Assembly: GCA_050875085.1 (NCBI GenBank)
Contig: JBNMLZ010000001.1
Coordinates: 44,484 to 108,483, forward strand
Direction of reading: 5' to 3'
DNA length: 64,000 nucleotides
Origin: Prevotella sp.
GTDB taxonomy: Bacteria; Bacteroidota; Bacteroidia; Bacteroidales; Bacteroidaceae
Position 1 is the first letter of the stretch. Every line of letters begins with the position of its first letter. The position numbers and the translations under genes were made by a program. Positions 38,021 to 46,791 of the stretch are shown here, in pieces. The notes under the pieces were generated by a model. The model saw only the letters and a list, made by a program, of their open reading frames with translations. It was not told where the DNA came from and did no database searches.

Positions 38021-38245
38021 AGCCCCACCCCCAGCCGCGGAGCGGCTTTCCCCTCCCCTTAGGGAGGGGAGTGATGTGTGGAGGTGGATTGGGTTTATTG
38101 GTTTAAGTTAATGTTTTCTTATTGTAAAATTAAAATGTGTATATAGGTGTAACAATTTTATGCCTTTATCATATGCAATCTACACATATTACTCCCCTCC
38201 CTAAGGGGAGGGGAAGCCGCGCTACCGCGCGGCGGGGGAGGGGCT
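38021..38245. repeat. Family B inverted pair
   Basis: Arms 38021-38074 and 38191-38245; the right arm overlaps the SusE-like C-terminus. Confidence 0.9.
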
Positions 38246-39634
38246 GTACCCCCATTTCTTCGTCTTCAAATCCACTGTCACCGTGACGGTTTCTCCCGCT
38301 TTCGCACCGTCGTCGAACCAGATGTTCCATGCTCCGACATCGGCGGAGAGTGTGAAGATGTCGCTCGGGTCGGAACCGTAGATGATGGAATTCTCGCGGT
38401 CGGCAATACGGAAGTTCTCCCAGTCGGCGGTGAGCGTGTAGGTGCCGCTGTAGGTGGTGTCGCCTGTCTTGGCGAGGCGTGCAAGTTCCACGGACACGTC
38501 GTCCTTGCTCACCATGAACAGCTCGGCAGGATATTTCGTCTCGGGCTCGTCGGTGGCGTTGAAGTCAACCTTGCCTTCAACGACAGAGTAGTTCAAGTAG
38601 CCACTGCCGTCAGCCTCGACGATGATGGTGTAGGTGCCAGCCTTGGCGATGGTGATGCCCGTTGAGGCTGATGCCTGGGTCAGATGTCCGTTGGCTGCGG
38701 CGAAGAGCAGCGTCTTGTCGTTGGCGTAGTCGGTGCGTGTGGTGGTGTTGTACTCCTTGGCGTCAGCGTCGATGGCGACGGTCTGGTTGTCAGCGGTGGT
38801 GGTGATGTAGTAGCCCCACTGCTGTCGCTTTGAGTAGTAGGTCATGTCGTTGCCGTTAGCCTTGAGCTGCGCGAGCAGCGTGGCGCTCCACTCCAGTTGC
38901 TTTGTGTCCACCTTGACGTACCATGCTCCGGCACCGTCGGCAAACCAGCAGTTCCATGCGTCGGCAGAGTTGGATATGTCGAAGGCGTGGCCGTCGATGG
39001 CGGCGTTGCCCCATGTGTCGCCCGAGTATTCGTAGAACCAGCAGTTGAGCCATGCCGTGGCATTCATGTAGCCGGTGTATACACCGTCGGCTTCGGGCGA
39101 GTGTAGGTAGGCAATAGTGTCGGTCTTGTTGGAGGCGAGCACGGCGAGCTTGGTCATGTCGACGAAATAGGGCTTCACGCTCACGGCGCACACGTTGCTG
39201 TACTGCGGCTCCATGTTGTCGCCAGCCTTGGTCTTGATGCGGAAGTAGATTTTGCCTTCGGTGTTGACGTTGATGCCGAGGGTCTGGGCGAGCGTGTTAA
39301 GCTCTGTTCCGGTGTAGGCTTTTGAGAGCGTTGAGGCTGCCGACTCGGTGGCGCTGGCGAAATTCTCGGATGCAGAAGCCTCAACATAGGTCTTCAGCAT
39401 GTTGTCGGGTACGGGACTGTTCTCGTCGCTCGACAGGAGCGTGGGGTTCTTCCATGCCAGTTCAAGCACCACGGTGGCGCGCTGGCTGATGTCGAGGTCT
39501 ACCTTCGACGCGGTGGCGATGAGGTCGGACGGTGCCATGCCGTCAACGTATACTGTGTCGCCGTCGTTGTTGCAGCTTGCGCATAGAACGGCAAGACAAA
39601 GATACAGAAATATTTGGCTTAAAAGCTTTTTCAT
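38222..39634 (-). CDS. SusE-like surface glycan-binding lipoprotein
   Basis: Lipobox CASC, ELNTLAQTLG..GKIYFRI..YSN SusE N-domain, Trp-rich modules; lies downstream of susD. Confidence 0.8.
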   Translation of the reverse strand: MKKLLSQIFLYLCLAVLCASCNNDGDTVYVDGMAPSDLIATASKVDLDISQRATVVLELAWKNPTLLSSDENSPVPDNMLKTYVEASASENFASATESAASTLSKAYTGTELNTLAQTLGINVNTEGKIYFRIKTKAGDNMEPQYSNVCAVSVKPYFVDMTKLAVLASNKTDTIAYLHSPEADGVYTGYMNATAWLNCWFYEYSGDTWGNAAIDGHAFDISNSADAWNCWFADGAGAWYVKVDTKQLEWSATLLAQLKANGNDMTYYSKRQQWGYYITTTADNQTVAIDADAKEYNTTTRTDYANDKTLLFAAANGHLTQASASTGITIAKAGTYTIIVEADGSGYLNYSVVEGKVDFNATDEPETKYPAELFMVSKDDVSVELARLAKTGDTTYSGTYTLTADWENFRIADRENSIIYGSDPSDIFTLSADVGAWNIWFDDGAKAGETVTVTVDLKTKKWGYSPSPAAR

Positions 39635-39676
39635 ATCGGATTTTATTGATTTAGATTAATGTAAACATTTGCCTTC

Positions 39677-39891
39677 ACTGGGAGCGGGGGCGCCCTCGCC
39701 CCCGAAGAAATATATTAAAGACCGGAGGCGAGGGCGCCTTCTATCCCAGGTAAAGAGCGGGGGCGAGGGCGCCTCCTATCCCAGGTAAAGACCGGGGGCG
39801 AGGGTGCCTTCTATCCCAGGTAAAGACTGGAGGCGAGGGCGCCCCCTATCCCAGGTAAAGGTCGGGGGCGAGGGCGCCCCCGCTCCCAGTT
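39677..39891. repeat. Family C array: one unit plus five inverted 35-bp tandem units
   Basis: 39677-39704, then CGGGGGCGAGGGCGCC..CTATCCCAGGTAAAGA x5 ending on the susD stop codon. Confidence 0.92.
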
Positions 39892-41464
39892 AGTATCCCT
39901 CGTTCTTGAGGTTCGGGTTTGCTGTGAGGTCGGTTGACGGTATTGGGTAGATGTTGTACTTGTTGTCGACAGCCATGCCGTCCTTGGTGCCGCCCTTCCA
40001 TTCCCATATATAGGAAGATGTGGTGAACTCACCAAAGCGTATGAGGTCGGTGCGGCGGTAGCCCTCCATGTAGAGCTCGCGTGCGCGCTCGTCGATGATG
40101 AACTCCTTCGTGAGCTGGCTTTCCTTGATGTTGCCGCTATCGTCGCCGTAGGCACGCTTGCGCAGGTCGTTGATGTAGGCTACAGCCTGGGCGCGCGAGC
40201 CCCCCTCACCGCCGCGAACCACAGCCTCGGCATACATCAGATATACATCGGCAAGGCGGAAGAGCGGGAAGTCGGTGGCTGCTCCGTAGGATGCAGTGTT
40301 GGAAGCTGTCTCGCCGTTGTCCTTCAGATTAGTCCACTTGGTGAATAGATAGCCGTCCTGCTGGTTGGTGAAGTCATCGATATACTGGTTCTGTCCGTCG
40401 GTGAAGAACATGAAGCGGTGGTCCTTGGCAGGGTCGGTGAACTTTGCCGTGAGATTGCCGCGTGAGCGGAAGTTGCCCCAAGGCGACTCCACGCCGATGG
40501 AGTGGCTGTCCTCAGACTTCGATGTGCTGCTTGCGGAACCGCAGATAAGATATGTGGTTGAGCCGTAGGTGATGAGATGCTCGGGATCCTGCGGCAGGGC
40601 GAAGATAATCTCGTTGGTGCGCTTGTCGTTGTCGGCGTTGAAGAGCTGGGCGTAGTCGGCGTTGAGCGTGTAGCCCTCGCTGATGGCGCTGTTGCAAGCC
40701 TTTATGCATTCGGTGTAGTGTGGTGTGCCGGTGTACACCTCGCTGTTGAGGTAGAGCTTGGCGAGCAGCGTGTAGGCGGCGCCGCGCGATGCCTCGCCAT
40801 AAGGACAGTCGGCTTTCGGGGCGAGGTCGGCCACGCAGTCGTTAAGCTCCGACTCTATGAACTCGAAGGTCTGCTGCGGTGTGTAGCGCGGCGGAACGTA
40901 GGAGCCGATGGGGTCGTTCTCGCTGACGAACGGGATGTTGCGGAACAGGTCGAGCGCATGATAATAGAACAGCGCGCGCATGAAACGCGCCTCTGCCTTG
41001 TAGCGGCGCAGCTTCTGCTGGTCGGCGTCGGAGAACGACGAGAGCTTTGAGTCGGAGCAGTTGCGCAGGAACTCGTTGCAGAGCGTGATGTTGTAGTAGA
41101 TGCGGTAGTACATGTCGGACACCCATGTGTCGGTGGCGTCCCACTTCATGAACGACACGTTGCTCAGGTCGTCGCCCGTGAGCCATGTGTAAGCCATCTC
41201 GTCGGTGGGCGCTTCCTGGAGGTTGAGATAGGTGCGCATGTAGTTCTCGCCGTGGTTGGAGGCGTAGTCAACACCCGACGACTCCTGTCCGGTGGCGGTC
41301 ATCGATGCATAAATCTTGCCGAGCACCGACTCATAGTTTTGCAGGGATGTATACACCTGCTCGGATGTTGTCTCGGTATGTGGGTATTGGTTGAGGTCGT
41401 CGGTGCACGCGGTGTTGAGCGTCAGGGCGGTGGCGACGAGGCAACCGAGGAAATATTTGTTCAT
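39890..41464 (-). CDS. susD: SusD/RagB glycan-binding lipoprotein
   Basis: Lipobox NTAC, AEARFMRALFY, FRLADVYLMYAEA, ERARELYMEGYRRTDLIRF, YPIP..NPNL. Confidence 0.95.
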   Translation of the reverse strand: MNKYFLGCLVATALTLNTACTDDLNQYPHTETTSEQVYTSLQNYESVLGKIYASMTATGQESSGVDYASNHGENYMRTYLNLQEAPTDEMAYTWLTGDDLSNVSFMKWDATDTWVSDMYYRIYYNITLCNEFLRNCSDSKLSSFSDADQQKLRRYKAEARFMRALFYYHALDLFRNIPFVSENDPIGSYVPPRYTPQQTFEFIESELNDCVADLAPKADCPYGEASRGAAYTLLAKLYLNSEVYTGTPHYTECIKACNSAISEGYTLNADYAQLFNADNDKRTNEIIFALPQDPEHLITYGSTTYLICGSASSTSKSEDSHSIGVESPWGNFRSRGNLTAKFTDPAKDHRFMFFTDGQNQYIDDFTNQQDGYLFTKWTNLKDNGETASNTASYGAATDFPLFRLADVYLMYAEAVVRGGEGGSRAQAVAYINDLRKRAYGDDSGNIKESQLTKEFIIDERARELYMEGYRRTDLIRFGEFTTSSYIWEWKGGTKDGMAVDNKYNIYPIPSTDLTANPNLKNEGY

Positions 41465-41608
41465 TGTCAGATTTTTTTGTTTGTTGGTTGTTAGTTACTT
41501 TGGTAGGATGTAGTGGGTATGGCAAGGATGCCATACCCTCCTACGTTTCTGCTGCTTATGTTGTGTTACTACTACTTAATTGTCGTGCAATTCAGGCTTC
41601 TCTGCTGT

Positions 41609-41690
41609 CTTACTTCGGTCGGTCAACATGCTTACTTCGGTCGGTCAACATGCTTACTTCGATCGGTCAACGTGTTTACTTCGACCGAAG
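41609..41690. repeat. 22-bp tandem repeat, about 3.7 copies (CTTACTTCGGTCGGTCAACATG)
   Basis: Directly visible in the susC-susD gap; a second 22-bp-period pair at 41719-41758. Confidence 0.85.
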
Positions 41691-41767
41691 CACGACAACA
41701 ACGGAGCTTCTTTTAGAAGACATTAATTGTCCTTTTGGATGACATTCATTGTCCTTTCATCCGACGT

Positions 41768-44740
41768 TTAGAACTGTAATCCAAGACTAAGCGTATATGT
41801 TCTCGGACGCGGATAGAAGCTGCTGTCAACACCGTTGGGCACTTCGGGGTCGGCACCCGAGTAGTTGGTTATGCAGAACACGTTCTGCACCATTGCCGAG
41901 AGCGACAGCGAGCACCACTTTGTTATCTTTCCGAAGTTGTAGCTCAGGTTGATGTTGTCGAGCTTGAGGAACGATGCGTTCTCAACGTAGTAGTCCGACA
42001 GATACTGGCGGGTCTGGAAGCCCGTCTTCATGTAGCTGCGGTTGAGGTTGTTGAGTTGCAGTCCGTCCGACCAAGTCTCAAGTTCCCAAGCCCCGGTGTT
42101 CATCGCCGTGGAGTTGTAGACGTAGTTGCCGATGTTGGCGCGGAAGCTCATGCCGAGCGTCAGTTGCTTGTAGCGGACGGAGGTTGAGAGTCCCATTATG
42201 TAGTCGGGCATCGGCGAGTGGTAGCGGTAGCGGTCGGCGTCGTTGATGATGCCGTCGTGGTTGAGATCGGCGTAGGCTCCTTCAATCGGTTTGCCGCTGC
42301 GGTCGTAGAGCTGCTTGTAGACGTAGAACATGTTGGGCGCGTAGCCCTCGGTGAGCACCTGTATCTGGTTGTTGTCCTTGACGGTCGGGCCTACAATCAT
42401 GTTGGTCTTCTCGTCGGTTTTGACGAGCGAGAGGTTCTTGACGGTCATCTTCTGCCACGTGAAGTTGTAGGAGAGGTTCCACTCCCAGTCCTTGGTCTGT
42501 ATTGGGGTGGCATTAAGCGTAACCTCGATACCCTTGCTGTCGACGTTGCCAACGTTGGTGGTGATGGTCTTGGCGAACTGCGTTCCGGCGGCGGCAGGCA
42601 CGGTGGCGATGAGGTCCTTGGTCTTGCGTGTGTAGAAGTCGAATGAGCCGGAGATGCGGTTCTTCAGGAGACCGAAGTCGAAGCCCACGTTCCACGAGTC
42701 GGTTGTCTCCCACTTGAGGTTGCTGACGTAAGCCTCCGGGCGGTAGGTCTTGACCCACTGTCCGTTGATGTAAGCCTCGGCTCCGGCGGCGCTCGACGTG
42801 TAGACCGGCAGGTAGTTGTAGTTGCCGTTCACCTCCTGCTGTCCGGTCACGCCGTAGGACGCGCGCAGCTTGAGGTTGCTCAGCACGGGGTTGTCCTTGA
42901 GGAACTTCTCGTTGGATATGGTCCAACCGAGACCCACCGACGGGAATGTGCCCCAGCGGTATTTCTCGCCGAAGCGCGACGAGCCGTCGCGTCGCATGGT
43001 GGCGGTGAGGAGGTAGCGTCCGTCGAACGAGTAGTTCACGCGGCCATAATAGGAGAGCAGCACGTGGCGGTAGTCCTCTGCCTTGTGGCTCTTGAGCTGC
43101 GAGCCGGCGACATTGTATTCTATCGTCTCGGGCGACGTGGTCTTCCAGTACTGGTAGTCGTAGCCGATGGTGGCATCGACGTTGCTCTTGGCAGCCTCGA
43201 AGTAGTGGCCGTAGTTGGCGTAGAGCGTGAGCAGATTGTTCTGCTTCTTCTGCGGGCCGTAGTTGTAGCTGTAGCCGCCGTCGAAATAGTTGGATGCGGC
43301 ATAGTCGGGGATATAAGTATGACCTTTGCCCTGGGCGATGTCGGTTCCGACAGTGGCGTGGAGCTTGACGTCGGGGAAGAAGTGGAGCTTGTAGTCAACG
43401 TCGAAGTTGCCGATGAAGCGCTTCACGTTGCTGCCCGCGTCGTACATGTCGACAAGACCGCGCGGGTTGCGTTGCCCGGCAGACGTGTTGATAGGGTTGC
43501 CCTTGGAGTCGAGCGACTCGGTGTAGCCGCCGAGCTTGTCGGAACCGGAGTATACGGGGAGCGTGGGGTTGAACGTGGCGGCGGCCCAGATGGCGTTGCC
43601 GTTGTAGAAAGAGTTCTTGGCTATGGAGCCTTTGGCGTTGAGCGTGAGCTTGAGGTGGTCCTGGAATAGACTCGGGTTGAGCACTATCGAGCCAGTGAAA
43701 CGCTCCGCCTTGTCGCCGCGGATGATGCCGTTCTGGTTGGAGTAGCCCACGGATGCGCGGAACGGCAGACCCTTGACGATGTTGCCCGACAGCGAGAGGT
43801 TGTCGTCGGTGGAGAGCGACGTGCGGTAGACCTGGTCATACCAGTCGGTGTTGGCTGTGCCGAGCAGAGCCTTCTCGGCGTCGGTGCCGTGGGCATTGAT
43901 AACCTGGCGGAACTCGTCGGCACTCAGAATGTCAACCATCTGGGCACGGGTCTGCATGGTGTTGGTCGACGTGAACTGCACGTTGAGCTTGGAGTCGGAG
44001 CCTTTCTTGGTGGTTATGATAATGACGCCGTTGGAAGCGCGCGAACCATAGATAGCGGTTGATGCCGCATCCTTCAAGACAGTCATCGACTCAATGTCCT
44101 GCGGGTTGATCATGCTCAGGAAGTTGTCGGCTCCACTGATGCCGCCCACCTCCAAAGGCACGCCGTCAACGACAATCAGCGGGTCGTTGCTTGCGTTGAG
44201 CGAGGCACCGCCACGCACGCGAATGGTGCTTCCTGCGGTGGCAGAACCCGAGTTCGACATAATCTGCACACCCGATACCTTACCGTTGATGAGCTGTTCG
44301 GGAGAGGAGATGGCACCCTTGTTGAAGTCCTTCGCCTTGACGGTAGACACCGAACCCGTGAGGTCGCTCTTGCGCGTCGTGCCATAGCCTACCACGACCA
44401 CCTCGCCAAGCTGCCGGTCGTTGGAGTCGAGCGCGATGGTCATCACGCCGTTCTTTATCTGCACCGTCTTTGCGATATATCCTATATAAGACACGGAGAT
44501 TTGCTTTGTTCCCTCGGGAACAGAGAGTGAGAAGTTGCCGTCGATGTCGGTCACGGCACCCGTCTTGCCACCGTCAAGCTGTATGGTGGCACCCATAAGA
44601 GGTTCTTGGTTGTTGGCATCCACTACGCTGCCCTTGATGACGCGGTTCTGCGCTATGGCGGAGAGACTCGTTGTGGCAAGCAGTCCGGCGAGAAGCAGCG
44701 AGAAACGCCTTGCGGTTTTGTTTTCGTTAGATTTGTTCAT
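41768..44740 (-). CDS. susC: SusC/RagA TonB-dependent transporter
   Basis: VVVVGYGT, LKDAASTAIYGSRASNGVIIITTK, LKWET, YPRPRTY..LQF. Confidence 0.96.
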   Translation of the reverse strand: MNKSNENKTARRFSLLLAGLLATTSLSAIAQNRVIKGSVVDANNQEPLMGATIQLDGGKTGAVTDIDGNFSLSVPEGTKQISVSYIGYIAKTVQIKNGVMTIALDSNDRQLGEVVVVGYGTTRKSDLTGSVSTVKAKDFNKGAISSPEQLINGKVSGVQIMSNSGSATAGSTIRVRGGASLNASNDPLIVVDGVPLEVGGISGADNFLSMINPQDIESMTVLKDAASTAIYGSRASNGVIIITTKKGSDSKLNVQFTSTNTMQTRAQMVDILSADEFRQVINAHGTDAEKALLGTANTDWYDQVYRTSLSTDDNLSLSGNIVKGLPFRASVGYSNQNGIIRGDKAERFTGSIVLNPSLFQDHLKLTLNAKGSIAKNSFYNGNAIWAAATFNPTLPVYSGSDKLGGYTESLDSKGNPINTSAGQRNPRGLVDMYDAGSNVKRFIGNFDVDYKLHFFPDVKLHATVGTDIAQGKGHTYIPDYAASNYFDGGYSYNYGPQKKQNNLLTLYANYGHYFEAAKSNVDATIGYDYQYWKTTSPETIEYNVAGSQLKSHKAEDYRHVLLSYYGRVNYSFDGRYLLTATMRRDGSSRFGEKYRWGTFPSVGLGWTISNEKFLKDNPVLSNLKLRASYGVTGQQEVNGNYNYLPVYTSSAAGAEAYINGQWVKTYRPEAYVSNLKWETTDSWNVGFDFGLLKNRISGSFDFYTRKTKDLIATVPAAAGTQFAKTITTNVGNVDSKGIEVTLNATPIQTKDWEWNLSYNFTWQKMTVKNLSLVKTDEKTNMIVGPTVKDNNQIQVLTEGYAPNMFYVYKQLYDRSGKPIEGAYADLNHDGIINDADRYRYHSPMPDYIMGLSTSVRYKQLTLGMSFRANIGNYVYNSTAMNTGAWELETWSDGLQLNNLNRSYMKTGFQTRQYLSDYYVENASFLKLDNINLSYNFGKITKWCSLSLSAMVQNVFCITNYSGADPEVPNGVDSSFYPRPRTYTLSLGLQF

Positions 44741-44791
44741 GCTGCGAACGATTTAGAACGATTAGGTAAATTTTGTTTTTTGGTTCGGCTG

Positions 44792-44859
44792 CAAAATTAG
44801 AAGAATTGACGTATATCAAGCAAAACAAATTAGACAAAAGGCACGACAAAATGGACAAA
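44792..44859 (-). promoter_or_regulatory. susC promoter (-7 TAATTTTG) with 21-bp-period direct repeat, candidate AraC/HTCS site
   Basis: ACAAATTAGACAAA (44825) and ACAAAATGGACAAA (44846). Confidence 0.55.
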
Positions 44860-44979
44860 CAGCCCCAAGGATGCCCATAAATAGAGGGTTTGGGAGAAAT
44901 GTAAAGCAATTTGTTTCCGTATGTCGCGGAATATTTGTAATTTAACGGCGTGAAACTGAAACAATAAAAATATACGATT

Positions 44980-45195
44980 ATGGAAGCAACAATTTTTAAT
45001 CCGATACAGGTGCATTTGTTGAAGATGTTTGAAATAGACAAGTCGCAAAAAGGACTTGATGAACTGAAGAACTTGTTGTATAAATACTATTCTTCTAAAA
45101 TGGAAAGTGCTCTTGAGGCTTTATGGGATTCGGGGGACCTGGACCAATCGCGTCTTGATGAGATAAATGAAATGGATTTACATATTGTGCGATAG
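44980..45195 (+). CDS. Small putative antitoxin of the Bacteroidales PIN-toxin-associated type
   Basis: FNPIQVHLLKMF..LDELK..LWDSG pattern; followed by a PIN remnant. Confidence 0.65.
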   Translation: MEATIFNPIQVHLLKMFEIDKSQKGLDELKNLLYKYYSSKMESALEALWDSGDLDQSRLDEINEMDLHIVR

Positions 45196-45305
45196 CGGCA
45201 CAGGCAAAATGCATAATTTCCAACGATCATCATTATGACATTCTGTCTACTATACCATTTCCTAAAGTCGAAGTGTTGAGACTTGTGGATTTTATGGAAA
45301 AATAA
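45186..45305 (+). pseudogene. C-terminal remnant of a PIN-family toxin
   Basis: Start-less frame reads CAIAAQAKCIISNDHHYDILSTIPFPKVEVLRLVDFMEK*. Confidence 0.7.
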
Positions 45306-45339
45306 AGGTAATTTAACGGCGTAAAACATAAACAATATT

Positions 45340-46662
45340 ATGGCAATAAGAAAAATATGTATAGCACTTGTCGCGATATTCTTTACAACAAATCTGTTTG
45401 GACAAGCAAAGAGTATTGACGAGAGAATAGGCGAGGCCATGAACGGCAGTGATTGGGCTGGGCTTAGGGACTTATACCTTTCTGAAGGCAAGGACTTGCA
45501 GACCCCGTTCATGACTCCACTCTCAAAATTCTTCATAAGCCAATTCTATAACAAGCCAGACAGTGCAATCAAGTACGGCAACGAGATTTTGGAGAAGTAT
45601 CAAGACGAGCTAAGTTCGTCGGTGCCTTCAATATTGTATTTTATGGCTGAAGACTATGCGGCATTAAACCATTACGACAAAGCCTCGGCATTGCTGCATA
45701 GTCTCAATGAGGCATATCGGCAAGCCGGGCAACCAGTCAATCCTACCTTTGAGGGTTATGAGGACATATATTCCAAACTTTCAGAGACAGGGGCTTTTAA
45801 TATAAATAAGCCAAATCATGATGTCCACGTTCCTTTGTCAGTCCATAAGAATGAAAAGGGCAGTCCCGAGATGCTGTATATTATGGCAAATATTAACGGA
45901 AAGAATGTGAGATGCACTTATGACACTGGGGCAGGCGTTAATATTATGACTTCTGAATTTGCAAGGAATATAGGTGCTAAAGTCATACCGACAAAGAGTA
46001 TACAGATGTTAGGCATGTCACATGCAACGAGCAAAGGCCTTGTTGTGTTGGATTCCTTAAAACTTGGTGATGCCGTTTATCGGAACGTGCCTTTTATTGT
46101 TGTTGACATAAAAACAGATAATGAATTGGCTAACAAGAAGTTCAAGGAACTTGACTATTCCTGTGTTATAGGCAGTCAGACAATGATACCTTTGAATGAA
46201 ATATGTTTTGATTTTGAGAAAATGCAACTGACAATTCCTGCATCATGTTCCCAGACTCCAGCCTATGCTCCAAACTTTTATCGTTCCGCCCAGCATGGAT
46301 TGCATCTGTTGTTGACTGATGGAATCTCGAATAAACGTATAGAAGGCAATGTGGACACAGGAGCGGCAGGTTCGGTGCTTACATATCGTTATTATAAGAG
46401 AAACGAGGGCTACTTTAAAGGCAAGGCTGCATCCGATTCCCTACGCTCGGCTGGAGTTGGCGGGGTTTCGGTGGTGAAGACGACAAATGTTCCGTGGTCA
46501 TATTCTGTTTCTTGCAAGAAATATGAATTGCCTAATATTCCAGTTGTTGTTTCTCCAGCCCAGAACGAGGATTACGACTGCCTTATAGGTTTGCCACTGT
46601 TGATGTCGCATAAGAAATTGAGCATCAACTTCAAGGATATGTGGATGAGATTTGACGACTGA
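45340..46662 (+). CDS. Secreted retropepsin-like aspartyl protease with two clan AA lobes
   Basis: YDTGAG and VDTGAA catalytic motifs, VIG/LIG flap motifs, signal peptide; low GC. Confidence 0.85.
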   Translation: MAIRKICIALVAIFFTTNLFGQAKSIDERIGEAMNGSDWAGLRDLYLSEGKDLQTPFMTPLSKFFISQFYNKPDSAIKYGNEILEKYQDELSSSVPSILYFMAEDYAALNHYDKASALLHSLNEAYRQAGQPVNPTFEGYEDIYSKLSETGAFNINKPNHDVHVPLSVHKNEKGSPEMLYIMANINGKNVRCTYDTGAGVNIMTSEFARNIGAKVIPTKSIQMLGMSHATSKGLVVLDSLKLGDAVYRNVPFIVVDIKTDNELANKKFKELDYSCVIGSQTMIPLNEICFDFEKMQLTIPASCSQTPAYAPNFYRSAQHGLHLLLTDGISNKRIEGNVDTGAAGSVLTYRYYKRNEGYFKGKAASDSLRSAGVGGVSVVKTTNVPWSYSVSCKKYELPNIPVVVSPAQNEDYDCLIGLPLLMSHKKLSINFKDMWMRFDD

Positions 46663-46690
46663 TAGATTGACATTTACAACAAGAATGATA

Positions 46691-46781
46691 TCCGTAGCGG
46701 AGGTCTCCGGCCTCCGCAGCCAGTAGCATTGATGAAAACGATAAGCATTATGCAGCGGAGGCCGGAGACCTCCGCCACGGA
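46691..46781. repeat. REPIN-like inverted pair, family A
   Basis: Same arms; ends 10 bp before the regulator ATG. Confidence 0.92.
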
Positions 46782-46791
46782 AAAATAAAAA

